Position numbers and translations under genes: made by a program. Positions 32,097 through 42,533 of a stretch of DNA of 64,000 nt are shown one piece after another. Source of the stretch: Limisphaerales bacterium (GTDB taxonomy: Bacteria; Verrucomicrobiota; Verrucomicrobiia; Limisphaerales; JAJOIW01); contig CBFHOE010000005.1 in NCBI GenBank assembly GCA_965657355.1, positions 1 through 64,000 of the forward strand. The letters are read 5' to 3'. How positions within the stretch are numbered: position 1 is the first letter of the stretch; each line of letters opens with the position of its first letter. Under the pieces are notes generated by a model. That model made no database searches. It was not told the origin of the DNA and saw only the letters and a program-made list of their open reading frames with translations.

Positions 32097-33334
32097 GCGT
32101 TTCCTCCATTAAGGGTAAAATCAAAGATATCAAAATTACGAATATCGCCTTGGGCTTTTAGATAATAATCATGATTCACAGGCATTGACGTAAAGAAAGG
32201 AACCATTTCCTCATATCGACCTCCGTGGGAGCGAAGTGGGGCGTCGAGCTCATCAAGGTTGTGGTATTCAGGCTTTCTACCGATTGCCACATCTCTAGCT
32301 GACATGATGATGATGTCTCCTAGTCGGTCGAGTGGTAGCTCCAAATTCTTGGCCGCGATTTCTTTTTCTAAAACTTCAGTAATTCCGTCGATAGACCAAA
32401 TGAAATCAATGACTTGTTTTTGGGTGACTGATGAATCTTGAGGAAGGTGGACCACCCCGTATGAACCCAAGGCTCCGTGGTGTTTTACATAAGGATCAGT
32501 AATGGGAAGGATCACTTTAAAGCCCTCACCAAATTTTTCTTCAAGGAGACTTTGGACATAAATGACTTTAGGGTTTCCATCCTTGTCCGCTTTCCCGTTC
32601 ATTCCATGATCTGCTGTTCCGCCAACGATTGTCCCCAGGTCAAGAAGTTTACCGATTTGGGTATCAATGTCCTGATAAAATTTCAGGGATTCAGGAGCTT
32701 CAGGAGCATAGGTGTGCTGCATGAAATCGGTAAGCGATAGGTATAAAAAATCAGCGAGTCCACGATTTACCAGTTCAGCCCCGGCCTTCAAGGCATATAC
32801 ACTGGCATCCGGACTATAAATGGGAGGCGTTGGGCCGACCATTTCTTCTACATTATCTATACCATTCTTTTGTAGTGTCGCTTCCCCTGCTTTTTCGCTG
32901 GAGAAACAGATTCCGGTTATTCCTTTGGAGAAGAGTTCCAACAACTTGTTTTTGGCCGTGACGAAAGCCACTTTACGGCCTGCTTTGGAAGCCTCTGCGA
33001 GTATAGTTTCAGATCGGAGGTAAATTGAAGAGTTCATCATGACCTCTTCACCTGATTCTGGGTCTAAGAAAAAATTACCTGGTAATCCATGAATTTTTGG
33101 AGGGGCACCGGTAACAATGGATGCATTGTTTACATTTGTGAAAGAAGGTAGAGCACCTCGAGCCATACATTTGAAACCGGTTCGGACGATTTTTTGCAGG
33201 TTGGGCATCAAACCTTTGGCGATGCCTATGTCCAAATATTCATTGGCGCAACCATCTATACAAATGACAGCCACAGGTTTAGATGGGAGTCGGTACTCCC
33301 TTCCATTTACAGCGATTGTTCCTTCTTTAATCAT
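32093..33334 (-). CDS. phnA: Phosphonoacetate hydrolase
   Basis: VNGREY, CIDGC, PSFTNVNN.SIVTG.PP..HG, YLSLTDFMQH, TADHGM, ILPITDPYVKHHGALGS, LRSHGG. Confidence 0.93.
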   Translation of the reverse strand: MIKEGTIAVNGREYRLPSKPVAVICIDGCANEYLDIGIAKGLMPNLQKIVRTGFKCMARGALPSFTNVNNASIVTGAPPKIHGLPGNFFLDPESGEEVMMNSSIYLRSETILAEASKAGRKVAFVTAKNKLLELFSKGITGICFSSEKAGEATLQKNGIDNVEEMVGPTPPIYSPDASVYALKAGAELVNRGLADFLYLSLTDFMQHTYAPEAPESLKFYQDIDTQIGKLLDLGTIVGGTADHGMNGKADKDGNPKVIYVQSLLEEKFGEGFKVILPITDPYVKHHGALGSYGVVHLPQDSSVTQKQVIDFIWSIDGITEVLEKEIAAKNLELPLDRLGDIIIMSARDVAIGRKPEYHNLDELDAPLRSHGGRYEEMVPFFTSMPVNHDYYLKAQGDIRNFDIFDFTLNGGNA

Positions 33335-33347
33335 TCTATTACAAAAT

Positions 33348-34484
33348 TTATAGAGTAATCTCCATTTCCTTCAAAGCATACTCGATGCTTTGAAGTAACT
33401 GTCTCATGTCATGTTCAAAAATACGCCCAACGTTACCGATTCTAAAGCACTCGGTGTCGGTCAATTTACCCGGATAGATCAACATTCCTTGATCACTCAA
33501 GAGTTTATAAAATTGACTGAACTCGAAATTAGGGTGTTTCGGAAAATGAAATGTGGTGATCATGTATCCTTGTAGCTCAGGCTTTAAGAAAGGAACAAAC
33601 CCGAGATCTTTCATCCCCTCGATAAGCACTTTATGATTTCTCCGATATCGAGCTTCTCTTCCCGCCACTCCTCCTTCTTGCTCAAACTCAACGAGGGCCT
33701 GCTGAAAGGCTAAAATACAATGTGTAGGAGGTGTATATCTAAATTGGCCTTTGGCCTCAAAGTATTCCAGTTGATGCAGTAAATCTAAGCTTAGGGATCG
33801 TTGTTGCCCACGATTGGCCTCAAGGCACTCGCGTTTGAGAAAGACAAAAGCAAAACCAGGTACTCCTTCAAAACATTTGTTGGGCGAGGAGATAAGGTAA
33901 TCAATAAAACACTTATGAAAATCAATTTCGATGGCACCAAAGGAGCTCATGGCATCGACAATATATTGTCTTTGATTTTTTCTTACGATTTTACCGATGG
34001 CCTCGATTGGATTTATGATACCAGTTGTCGTTTCACAGTGGACGACAGCGACGTGGGTAATGTCTTTATCAGCTTCAAGGAGTTTATCGATCTGTTCCGG
34101 ATCCGGGGGCTCATCTTCACCAGTCCTATAGACAAGGTGGTCGATTTTGAGAGCCTTGGCCATCGCCATCATGCGTTCTCCGTATGCTCCATTCGAATGA
34201 ATGAGAAGTTTACCAAATTCTGGAATGGCTGATGCCAGCACAGACTCAACCCCATAAGTTCCACTTCCCTGTAGGAGAACAATTTCAAAGCCATCTCTTT
34301 TTCGGTCGAGATTGGCAACCTCCATTAACTTGTCTTGGATTTCCTTAACAATCTCATGGAATTCGTAGTGCCATGAACCAGCATCATGGAGCATAGCATG
34401 TTTCACTTTTAGGCTTGTCGTAAGAGGGCCAGGTGTAAACAGAGTTTTATCTCGGTGCCAATTAACAGGGTATGGATCGTTCAT
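33348..34484 (-). CDS. phnW: 2-aminoethylphosphonate--pyruvate transaminase
   Basis: LFTPGPLTTS, QGSGTYGVE, NGAYGERM, HCETTTGIINP, DAMSSFG, SSPNKCFEGVPG (PLP lysine), QFRYTPPTH, IYPGK. Confidence 0.94.
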   Translation of the reverse strand: MNDPYPVNWHRDKTLFTPGPLTTSLKVKHAMLHDAGSWHYEFHEIVKEIQDKLMEVANLDRKRDGFEIVLLQGSGTYGVESVLASAIPEFGKLLIHSNGAYGERMMAMAKALKIDHLVYRTGEDEPPDPEQIDKLLEADKDITHVAVVHCETTTGIINPIEAIGKIVRKNQRQYIVDAMSSFGAIEIDFHKCFIDYLISSPNKCFEGVPGFAFVFLKRECLEANRGQQRSLSLDLLHQLEYFEAKGQFRYTPPTHCILAFQQALVEFEQEGGVAGREARYRRNHKVLIEGMKDLGFVPFLKPELQGYMITTFHFPKHPNFEFSQFYKLLSDQGMLIYPGKLTDTECFRIGNVGRIFEHDMRQLLQSIEYALKEMEITL

Positions 34485-34528
34485 TTATAATGATAATATA
34501 TATAAAAATAACCTTACATTGTAGACCA

Positions 34529-35926
34529 CTACTTGGCAGGTTTCTTATTGAGAAAATAAAATAATGATGCCACTAAAAATATCAGAGAAATATAACTGAT
34601 GTGCAGTGTGATTGAATTAAAAAACTGAAAGTGACTAATTTCTGAAAAGATCCGGTCTTTTATAAAGAGGAGAACTACAACACCAGAATACCCAATGGAG
34701 TCCGCCACGTAGATTGCAAAAACCGCTGTGCCTGAGAATTTGGTTACGGCAATAATTCGATCAAACAACATGGAATTAAATGGAACGTATATCAGATATG
34801 AACCCAAGCCAGTGGCCACCATATACGAGAAGGGAGTAATTGATTTTTCTGAGATAGCAAAGCTGGAAAATGCCAACATAAAGCATCCAACTCCCATGAC
34901 AATAAAAGCAGCAATCAAGCCACGTCTATTGTTTCTGAGGATATTCAAACCAGCCATAACTCCCATGACAATGAAGGCCACAATTGTTTCTGAGGTAGAG
35001 ATGAATGAATCATTATCTTCATTATCTTCAACCCCCAAATCCTCGAGTATATCCACCATGAAATTATCCCTGAAATCTCTGAAGACAGTGATTAAGAGGT
35101 AGACTATGCATAACATTGAAAGCCCAAAGGCAAATTGCTTAATAAAGTCCCATCGACGTGAACCATTCATTTGAGTTCTCTCAGCCCTTTCCTCGACATC
35201 CTTCTGATTAGGTTTTGGAATTCTCGAGAGCATCCACACAGATAAAAAGAATAAGGGAAGAAAGTGGAGGCCAACAATAAATGGCATCCATGATTCACTC
35301 ACCTCACCTATTTGCCCACCAATCACTGACCCAATAATTGGAATACTCTCCCACTGACTGGCAATGGTCCCATTCATAAGTTTGATCCCAAAATCCTTAA
35401 CGATACCACTACTCATAATGAAAGAGCAGCTTAAGCCAGCCATGAGAATTTCGGATGTTCTTCTTCCCTCGAGGAACCAAACAACCACCCCCCAAACCAT
35501 ACCCAGCGGGAGTCCGTTAAAAAAGATTGGGATCACTTTCCATTCACCCGGGACAAATCCATAAAAAAGAAGTGAGGTCTCAGCAAATAAAATCAAACCA
35601 ACCATCATCCAGGCTCTTTTTGACGGGGTGATTTCTGAACAAACTTTTAACCCAATATACTTGGATAGGGCATAACCAAGAATCTGACTTATCACAACGG
35701 CACTCTTTAAAGTCACATCACTGGAAAACCACCCAAATTCTTCTCCATCGAATTTAGCTGCGGAAAAAGGTTTCCGAAATGCGTACATACAAAAGTATGT
35801 ACAAAAAGCAACGGCCGTAGCGTAGAAAACAAAGACAGGCTGTGGAGCCTTCTCCAACAATCGAGTCATCCATCCCGATTGAGATTTGGCTTCATTTTCT
35901 TCAGTTTGCCCAGATTTATCTGACAT
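34529..35926 (-). CDS. DUF5690-like MFS-type membrane protein, candidate phosphonate transporter
   Basis: About 11-12 hydrophobic segments with FCTYFCMYAFRKPF, NGLPLGMVWG...LEGRRTSE, SFIMSSG.VK, FRDFRDNF, ADSIGYSG. Directly upstream of phnW. Confidence 0.75.
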   Translation of the reverse strand: MSDKSGQTEENEAKSQSGWMTRLLEKAPQPVFVFYATAVAFCTYFCMYAFRKPFSAAKFDGEEFGWFSSDVTLKSAVVISQILGYALSKYIGLKVCSEITPSKRAWMMVGLILFAETSLLFYGFVPGEWKVIPIFFNGLPLGMVWGVVVWFLEGRRTSEILMAGLSCSFIMSSGIVKDFGIKLMNGTIASQWESIPIIGSVIGGQIGEVSESWMPFIVGLHFLPLFFLSVWMLSRIPKPNQKDVEERAERTQMNGSRRWDFIKQFAFGLSMLCIVYLLITVFRDFRDNFMVDILEDLGVEDNEDNDSFISTSETIVAFIVMGVMAGLNILRNNRRGLIAAFIVMGVGCFMLAFSSFAISEKSITPFSYMVATGLGSYLIYVPFNSMLFDRIIAVTKFSGTAVFAIYVADSIGYSGVVVLLFIKDRIFSEISHFQFFNSITLHISYISLIFLVASLFYFLNKKPAK

Positions 35927-35956
35927 GCGAGTATACTACACCTTTGACAATACCCG

Positions 35957-35978
35957 ATATGTGACAATCAGGTGAAAT
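35957..35978 (-). promoter_or_regulatory. Pho-box-like tandem repeat upstream of DUF5690-phnWAY
   Basis: Minus strand ATTTCAC-CTGA-TTGTCAC-ATAT with 11-nt period. A TAGTAT -10-like hexamer lies at 35933-35938. Confidence 0.35.
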
Positions 35979-36009
35979 AAAAAAAGAGGCTGATCTCATG
36001 ACCAGCCTC
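35979..36009 (-). terminator. Intrinsic terminator after the 1681-aa gene
   Basis: Minus strand GAGGCTGGTC-ATGA-GATCAGCCTC followed by 7 T. Confidence 0.75.
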
Positions 36010-36046
36010 CATGGGCGTTCGAAAATATGAAGCTTATTAGCACCTA

Positions 36047-39000
36047 TTATTGAACGATGCGATAAAATTTCGAAGCATCAATCATATCTTCTATAAACGG
36101 TGAGGTAGCACCATCAACTGGTGTCCATGGTCCGTTAATTGAAGGAGCAGACTCGAGAGTTCCACTAGTGAACTCGATATTGATTTGACCGCCTACTGTA
36201 GAAGCTTTGATTGTCGGAAGCGATGATACGTGCACATCCCCCTGCAAAAGCTGAATGTTGTCGACTGCCCAGTACCAATCATTTCCGGCTTCTGCATAAG
36301 TGAAGGTGAGAGCAACATTTTGAGCGTCACCAGGATTGAAGAGAGGAACTGTGACAGTTTCATTTCTGTGGGCGGCAGAATCACCCTTAAAGAATGGTCC
36401 TTCTGCAGATTCCCAACGGAGTATTTCGATGGGTTCTCCACCATCAAATGATACCTCAATAATACCCTTCTGATCCGCGTATGGGCGCCAGATAGAGTCG
36501 AATCTCAGGAATGCACTATTAGCAGGTATTCCTTCAAGTGAGATTGGGGCAGATGTCATGATGGCAGTCATCTTGCCTGGAGCATGAGTGGCATCATCCC
36601 ACTCATCACCGTCGGCAATTGCGATAGTTCCCTGTCCTTTTAGGAAGTCACCTCTAGCTTGACCACCAGCAGCTTCGACCCACCAGTCTTTGTTGGCGAA
36701 TCCCCATCCTGCCCATTCGGTAACACCATCATTGTCAGGATCTTCAAATCCAGGAACGAGGCTATCATCGATGGTCCAGCCTTCAGGCCCTTCACCACTC
36801 CATACTGTGTCTCCTGCGACGCCTTCATCTACGTTTGGTCCAAGAATGATTCCTTCGAAATCTTCTATCCAGAATGGATCAACTTCAGCAGTGAGCTCGA
36901 TATTATCTATTGCCCAGTACCAATCGTTACCTGCGTCAGCATATGCGAATGTAAGTTGCAGGGATTTAGCTCCTTCTGGATTGTCGATCATGATAGAGAC
37001 TGGTTCGTCTCTATTAAGATCATTTTCAGGTTTGAAGTTCGGAGAACTTGCGTTTGATTCCCATCTTAAAATTTCTACTGGCTCAGAGTCGTCGAATTTA
37101 GCGGTTATTATGCCCTTCATTTCGTCGTATGGTCTGAAATTAGAATCGAATTTCAAAACCATGGAACTAGCAATAACTCCATCAAGATCGATAACAGGAG
37201 AAGTTAGTAATGAGGTCATTTCACCAGGAGCATGAGTTGCATCATCCCACTCATCACCATCGCCAATAGCAACAGTTCCTTGGCCTCGTGTGAATGTTGA
37301 ACGACCTTGGTCACCTGCAGTTTCGATCCACCAATCTTTGTCAGCAAATCCCCATCCTGCCCATTCGGTAACACCATCATTGTCAGGATCATCATTTCCA
37401 GGAACACCAGAATCATCAAGTGACCAACCTGCTGGAGGATCAACAGAAACCACTGCGTCTCCGACAACTCCTTCGTCAATATTTGGGCCAAGCGGCATCG
37501 ATTCAAAGTCTTCAAATAGGAGCGTTGCGAATTTACTTTGAGCAACCACCCGCACTTCTACTGGATCAGATTCAACGTAGCCTGCATCATTTATGGCTCT
37601 AAGAACATAAAAACCTTCGCCGTTGGATTGGATGTTTGCGATGGATAAATTTAAGTCATTACCCCCAACGACTGGTTCACGGTTTCCAGTAGGAGCAATT
37701 CCAAAGAACCATTGGTATTCGGTAGCTCCTTCAACCTCCGCAAGGATGTTAAGTGAGCCTCCAGCGGCTGGGAAGTTAGTGTCTTCTAACACAGAGACAA
37801 TAACTGGCAATTCAACCAGTGGTTCTTCACAAGTAACGACAATGTTATCAATTGCCCAGTACCAATCATTTCCAGCATCAGCATAGCTGAATGAAAGATT
37901 CATCTTATTTGCACCTTCTGGATTTCTTAGACGAATTCCACGAACGGCGTCATTTGTAGCTTTTGCTTTGAGGCGGCCATTTACGTCATTGGACTCCCAG
38001 CGAACTACCTCAATTGGTTCTCCACCGTCGTAGCTTACAGTGATGATTGCTTTCTGTTCAGCGTAAGGATTCCATGATGAATCAAAATTCAACACAAGGA
38101 AGTTTGGATCAATACCAGAAATGTCGATGTCTGGAGTTGTCATAAGGGTGGTCATCTTACCAGAAGCATGAGTTGCATCATCCCACTCATCACCGTCACT
38201 GATAGCAACAGTGCCTTGACCGATAGTAAACTCTGATCTGCCCTGATCACCAGCTGTGTTGATCCACCAATCCTTGTCAGCAAATCCCCAGCCAGCCCAC
38301 TCGGAAACACCATCATTGTCAGGATCTCCATTTCCTGGAACACCCGAGTCATCGATGATCCAACCTTCCGGACCAGCTCCACTCCATACGGCGTCACCGG
38401 CGACTCCTTCGTCTAAATTTGGACCCAATTGAATACTTTCAAAATCCTCAGAAAAGATGGGAGCAACTTGGCCCGTAACTTTAATGTTATCTATTGCCCA
38501 ATACCAGTCATTGCCTGCATCTGCATAAGTGAAGGTAAGGACCATCTTATTAGCACCTTCCGGATTATTGAAGAGAGTGACAAAGTTTTCACTTTGGGCA
38601 TCATCAGCTTTAAAGAATTCACTTCCAGAAACTGATTCCCAACGAACAACTTCCACTTCAGTGACTCCATCAAAGATAGCAGTGATGATAGCTTTCTGGT
38701 TATCGTAAGGTCTCCAAGCAGAGGAGAATGATAATGCCATTGAATTAGCTTCAATTCCAGTGACATCGATCTCTGGAGTTTGCATAATCGAAGTGATTTC
38801 TCCTGGATCGTGTGATGCATCATCCCACTCATCACCATCGGAAATTGCAATAGTCCCCTGACCTGTCTTAAAGTTTGATCTACCTTGGTCTCCGGCGGTA
38901 GAAGCCCACCAATCGCGATCAGCGAATGACCAACCAGCCCATTCTGTAACACCATCTGTGGCATCATCACCAGCACCTGGGACGCCAGAATCGTCAATGG

Positions 39001-41092
39001 ACCACCCGTCTGGACCTTCCTTAGACCAAACAGCATCACCAGCAAGTCCTTCATTTACATTTGGACCAAGTTCAACACTTTCGAAGTCTTCAAAGAAGAG
39101 AGTCTTTCCTGAGGGTTTGAAATTTACCTTAAGCTCTGCTTCGGAACTTGAAACAGTCGCAACTGGATTTGTTGCCTCGACACTGTAGAAACCAACATCA
39201 TCAAGAGTAACTGAGGTTAAGGTTAATTCGGTAGATGTAGCACCATCTATAGCAGTTCTTGCATCTCCTCTACCTCTGAACCATTGATAAGTAATAGGTT
39301 CTGCCCCTTGAGCAGAAACATTGAAGACAGCATTTTCACCTTCTTCGATTTGTAGTGCTTCTGGGTGTTTTACAATAGAAACTGGTTCGAGACCTAGTTT
39401 GAGGAAGATGTTATCCACGGCCCACCACCAGTCATTTCCGGCGTTCTCTAAACCAAATCTTAGTTGCAACTTTTTGGCTCCTTCCGGATTCTTTAAATTT
39501 CTGACAACAGTTTCATTGATATTTTCTACCCCAGCTGGTGCAGGATAATCCGGACCTTTGAAGAATGGTGAAGAAGGAACGGATTCCCAACGTATTACTG
39601 ACTGGAATTCACCACCATCAAAACTGACATCTATTTTACCTGTCATATCTGAGTAAGGTCTCCAGCTTGAGTCAAACTGAAGAAGAATTTGATTTGCTGG
39701 ATAACCAGAAATGTCGATTTCAGCGGTTGTCATCCGTGTGCTCATTTCACCAGGACCATGTGGCTGGTCATCCCATTCGTCAGGATCTATAACAAGAATA
39801 GTTCCTTGAGCATTGTTGAACCTTGAACGATCCTGGTCACCCGCAACAGCAACCCACCACTCGTAGTCGGCAAAGCTCCACCCTGCCCATTCAGTTACCC
39901 CATCATTTCCCTCTTCAGAAGTAGGAACATCATCTTCAACAGACCAACCAGTCGGCCCATTTTCCGACCAAACTTCCTCGCCGACAAGAGATTCATCAAC
40001 ATTTGATCCGAGTATTACATCTTCAAAGTCCTCAGCATAGATAGCCACATCGAACATATGGTCCAGAGTTACTTCGCCTTTTATGCTGTCTGTATATGAA
40101 ACTTGGATTTTTACTTTATCTCCAACAGCCAGATCAAAATCATCAGCAATGATTTCAAGAATTGTACCGTCGGTATCAATTTCAAATTCCACATCCGTAT
40201 CATTGATTTTGAGTAAAATTGAGTTCTCGTCGATTTCTGCAGTTCCCGAGTTAATGACAACTCCAACCTCGGTTTCGTCAGTCGCTACATTTTTAGCTGG
40301 AATGAAATTTTCAACATAGGATGGCACAGGAGGAAGTTCGGTTGGTATTCCTTCAGCTTCGGCTCCACCAAGCTCTCTAATTTGTGGCGCAGAAAGTGCC
40401 TCAGCTCTGATCTGAAGAGAAGCAATGTATCCACCGAACGATGGGCCCGCTTCGGACAAGAAAACTCCACTTGTTCCACCAGGGGTGATGGATGCAACTC
40501 CATCCGGTATCTGAAGAGGATCAACGTCATATCCACCTACGTGCTCACCATCAATGAACATTTGAACACTTGCAGAAGCTGAATTAGCAGACCATGCAAG
40601 ACGGTGCCAGGAGTTAGCCGGAACATTTCCGCCAGCTGCTACAGTTGATACACCAATCTGGTTCCCAGTTGTGACATTAAACTCAGGTCCCTCCAGGCTT
40701 GTCGTAGTATCCAGAATAGGACGAAATTTTCCGTTAGATTCTTCAGGAAATAGAACGTCAATGATAATGGTATAGTCATTTAGGTTTGACGGTTCTATAT
40801 CGTCTACTATGACACCATTCACAACATCAGGCATCCGAATCCAAAATCCATCAAATTCAGGGAAACCTGGGAGATAAACTACTTCGGCAGAGGCTCCATT
40901 AATGGGGCTAATTTCAAATGATTCCGTAGTACCAAATTTAATAAGAGCGGCAACTTCATCTGAAGTGACTGAGGTCTCTTCGCCAGATACGGCATCGAGG
41001 GTTCCATTAAAATTCCATTGTAAGACTTCCTGGCCTTGTGTGCTCGACAGCATGACTTGGAAGCAAAACAATAATGTTAAGATTCTATTCAT
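36047..41092 (-). CDS. Giant secreted protein: LamG-like + Ig-like domains + five copies of a ~212-aa Trp/Asp-rich domain + C-terminal beta domain
   Basis: Signal peptide, LamG-like N-terminus (WNFNG..YTIIIDV..WHRLAW..FIDG), two I-set-like Ig domains (KHPE..EGENAVF..YQWF; EYQWF..GFYVLRAIN), five EDFE...GVTEWAGW.FA...DEWDD...GNDW.WA.DN repeats, terminal FYRIVQ. Confidence 0.85.
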   Translation of the reverse strand: MNRILTLLFCFQVMLSSTQGQEVLQWNFNGTLDAVSGEETSVTSDEVAALIKFGTTESFEISPINGASAEVVYLPGFPEFDGFWIRMPDVVNGVIVDDIEPSNLNDYTIIIDVLFPEESNGKFRPILDTTTSLEGPEFNVTTGNQIGVSTVAAGGNVPANSWHRLAWSANSASASVQMFIDGEHVGGYDVDPLQIPDGVASITPGGTSGVFLSEAGPSFGGYIASLQIRAEALSAPQIRELGGAEAEGIPTELPPVPSYVENFIPAKNVATDETEVGVVINSGTAEIDENSILLKINDTDVEFEIDTDGTILEIIADDFDLAVGDKVKIQVSYTDSIKGEVTLDHMFDVAIYAEDFEDVILGSNVDESLVGEEVWSENGPTGWSVEDDVPTSEEGNDGVTEWAGWSFADYEWWVAVAGDQDRSRFNNAQGTILVIDPDEWDDQPHGPGEMSTRMTTAEIDISGYPANQILLQFDSSWRPYSDMTGKIDVSFDGGEFQSVIRWESVPSSPFFKGPDYPAPAGVENINETVVRNLKNPEGAKKLQLRFGLENAGNDWWWAVDNIFLKLGLEPVSIVKHPEALQIEEGENAVFNVSAQGAEPITYQWFRGRGDARTAIDGATSTELTLTSVTLDDVGFYSVEATNPVATVSSSEAELKVNFKPSGKTLFFEDFESVELGPNVNEGLAGDAVWSKEGPDGWSIDDSGVPGAGDDATDGVTEWAGWSFADRDWWASTAGDQGRSNFKTGQGTIAISDGDEWDDASHDPGEITSIMQTPEIDVTGIEANSMALSFSSAWRPYDNQKAIITAIFDGVTEVEVVRWESVSGSEFFKADDAQSENFVTLFNNPEGANKMVLTFTYADAGNDWYWAIDNIKVTGQVAPIFSEDFESIQLGPNLDEGVAGDAVWSGAGPEGWIIDDSGVPGNGDPDNDGVSEWAGWGFADKDWWINTAGDQGRSEFTIGQGTVAISDGDEWDDATHASGKMTTLMTTPDIDISGIDPNFLVLNFDSSWNPYAEQKAIITVSYDGGEPIEVVRWESNDVNGRLKAKATNDAVRGIRLRNPEGANKMNLSFSYADAGNDWYWAIDNIVVTCEEPLVELPVIVSVLEDTNFPAAGGSLNILAEVEGATEYQWFFGIAPTGNREPVVGGNDLNLSIANIQSNGEGFYVLRAINDAGYVESDPVEVRVVAQSKFATLLFEDFESMPLGPNIDEGVVGDAVVSVDPPAGWSLDDSGVPGNDDPDNDGVTEWAGWGFADKDWWIETAGDQGRSTFTRGQGTVAIGDGDEWDDATHAPGEMTSLLTSPVIDLDGVIASSMVLKFDSNFRPYDEMKGIITAKFDDSEPVEILRWESNASSPNFKPENDLNRDEPVSIMIDNPEGAKSLQLTFAYADAGNDWYWAIDNIELTAEVDPFWIEDFEGIILGPNVDEGVAGDTVWSGEGPEGWTIDDSLVPGFEDPDNDGVTEWAGWGFANKDWWVEAAGGQARGDFLKGQGTIAIADGDEWDDATHAPGKMTAIMTSAPISLEGIPANSAFLRFDSIWRPYADQKGIIEVSFDGGEPIEILRWESAEGPFFKGDSAAHRNETVTVPLFNPGDAQNVALTFTYAEAGNDWYWAVDNIQLLQGDVHVSSLPTIKASTVGGQINIEFTSGTLESAPSINGPWTPVDGATSPFIEDMIDASKFYRIVQ

Positions 41093-41255
41093 TTTTTCTA
41101 TAGTTTTTGAGAAGTTACTTTGGATCAGTTGCAGTAAAAATTTTCGAAGTATGGAATATAAAATAATGTGAGAAACAGCTGAATAAAGTTTATGTGACGA
41201 TACAGAAAACTCTGAAAATTTTTATGAGTCTCTTCGATTCAAATGGGAACAACAA

Positions 41256-41750
41256 CTATGGATTTACAATGACAGGCATATTTCCATCTTTATCTTCAAT
41301 CTGCCAGGAACTTGAAATTTTAATTCCCTCCATAGAAGCCATTGGGTACCACTTATCCGAATCAAGTTTTCTAACAAAGATATGAGATTTGGATTGGTTT
41401 CTGCCTATAACACGATTGTAGATATCTCCAGTTTCCTCAGCTTTACGACTCATATCTATATCCTTTTTGAGTTGAGTTGAGAATTTTTCAAGATAGGCGA
41501 TTGTTTGTTCTGCTCCATCTTGAGCTGGCTGAATGACAACAGCCCTCACTCCATCAATTTGATCACCATCGATACCTTTGATAGGGGGTATTGATGATTG
41601 TGGTGCTTCAAAAAGTTTTTCGGCACTCTGATCATAAAAATAAATCTTCGGATCAGAGGAAATAGCGTTCTTGCTGTTTTGAGTAAACTTCCAGATTGCA
41701 AATCCAACCAACAAGAGAATAGCAATAACTTTAATAGAATCTGATTTCAT
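41256..41750 (-). CDS. Small membrane-anchored protein of unknown function following a prepilin-like gene
   Basis: N-terminal hydrophobic helix, then YFYD..PPI..GVRAVV..IAYLEKFS. Starts 12 nt after the prepilin stop. Confidence 0.75.
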   Translation of the reverse strand: MKSDSIKVIAILLLVGFAIWKFTQNSKNAISSDPKIYFYDQSAEKLFEAPQSSIPPIKGIDGDQIDGVRAVVIQPAQDGAEQTIAYLEKFSTQLKKDIDMSRKAEETGDIYNRVIGRNQSKSHIFVRKLDSDKWYPMASMEGIKISSSWQIEDKDGNMPVIVNP

Positions 41751-41762
41751 TCTTTTCCTAAA

Positions 41763-42530
41763 CTAGTGATGAGGATCTAGAAGAGGCGACCACCAGCAAC
41801 GTTTTCGATTGCATGGAATTTTGCTACCGTCCAGCAATTGTACGCTACCATCAGCAAAGCCATAGTTAGCTTTGCCGTTATGCCTCAAAGCTCCTGGATC
41901 AAGTTGTTGTACTCGGTTAAATCCTGGTGCTTTGTCATCTCCGATGTCCTTCCAAATCCACCATCTATCATTTGGCCAGGCGCCTCTGTCACTATGACCA
42001 TCTCCAAAGAGGATGAGCTGTGAAGCAGCTTGGATCATGGATGTTTTCATCAAGTTATCTTCATATCGAAAACTTCTACCAAAAGGTGGCTGTGATCCGC
42101 CTCTGGTCCAATGCACATTGACAGCACCTATTCCACTAGGGATGCGAATTTCCCGTGAACCAAATCTACCAATCCATTCACGTTGTCCATTTGCATAAAC
42201 GTCTTTTTTCTCTTGTGGACAATCATAGACTTTGGCCTGTCTCCCAACGAGTTGAAAGAGGTATGGCCTCCAACTCGATTCGCCGCCAGTCTCTAAAGCA
42301 TCTTGCATAGGAGGATAAAACTGGTTGTTATCTTCGGCATACAATGAAGTTGCCAACACCAGTTGCTTAATGTTGTTTGCACAACTAACTCTTTTTGCTT
42401 TTCCCTTTGCTCCAGATAGAGCGGGCATCAACATCGAGGCAAGAACAGCAATTATAGCAATGACTACCAACAACTCAATGAGCGTAAAACCATTCTTAAA
42501 TAAATAATTACGTTTTAAATGGGTGTTCAT
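41763..42530 (-). CDS. Prepilin-type N-terminal cleavage/methylation protein with H-X9-DG motif
   Basis: [45 protein letters not shown] (H-X9-DG). Confidence 0.9.
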   Translation of the reverse strand: MNTHLKRNYLFKNGFTLIELLVVIAIIAVLASMLMPALSGAKGKAKRVSCANNIKQLVLATSLYAEDNNQFYPPMQDALETGGESSWRPYLFQLVGRQAKVYDCPQEKKDVYANGQREWIGRFGSREIRIPSGIGAVNVHWTRGGSQPPFGRSFRYEDNLMKTSMIQAASQLILFGDGHSDRGAWPNDRWWIWKDIGDDKAPGFNRVQQLDPGALRHNGKANYGFADGSVQLLDGSKIPCNRKRCWWSPLLDPHH

Positions 42531-42533
42531 AAT

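Noticed and set aside
35924..35940. Possible leaderless transcript (TAGTAT 6 nt before the DUF5690 ATG; similar spacing at metG)
   Set aside because: TAnnnT hexamers are too common in AT-rich spacers to support this without TSS data.
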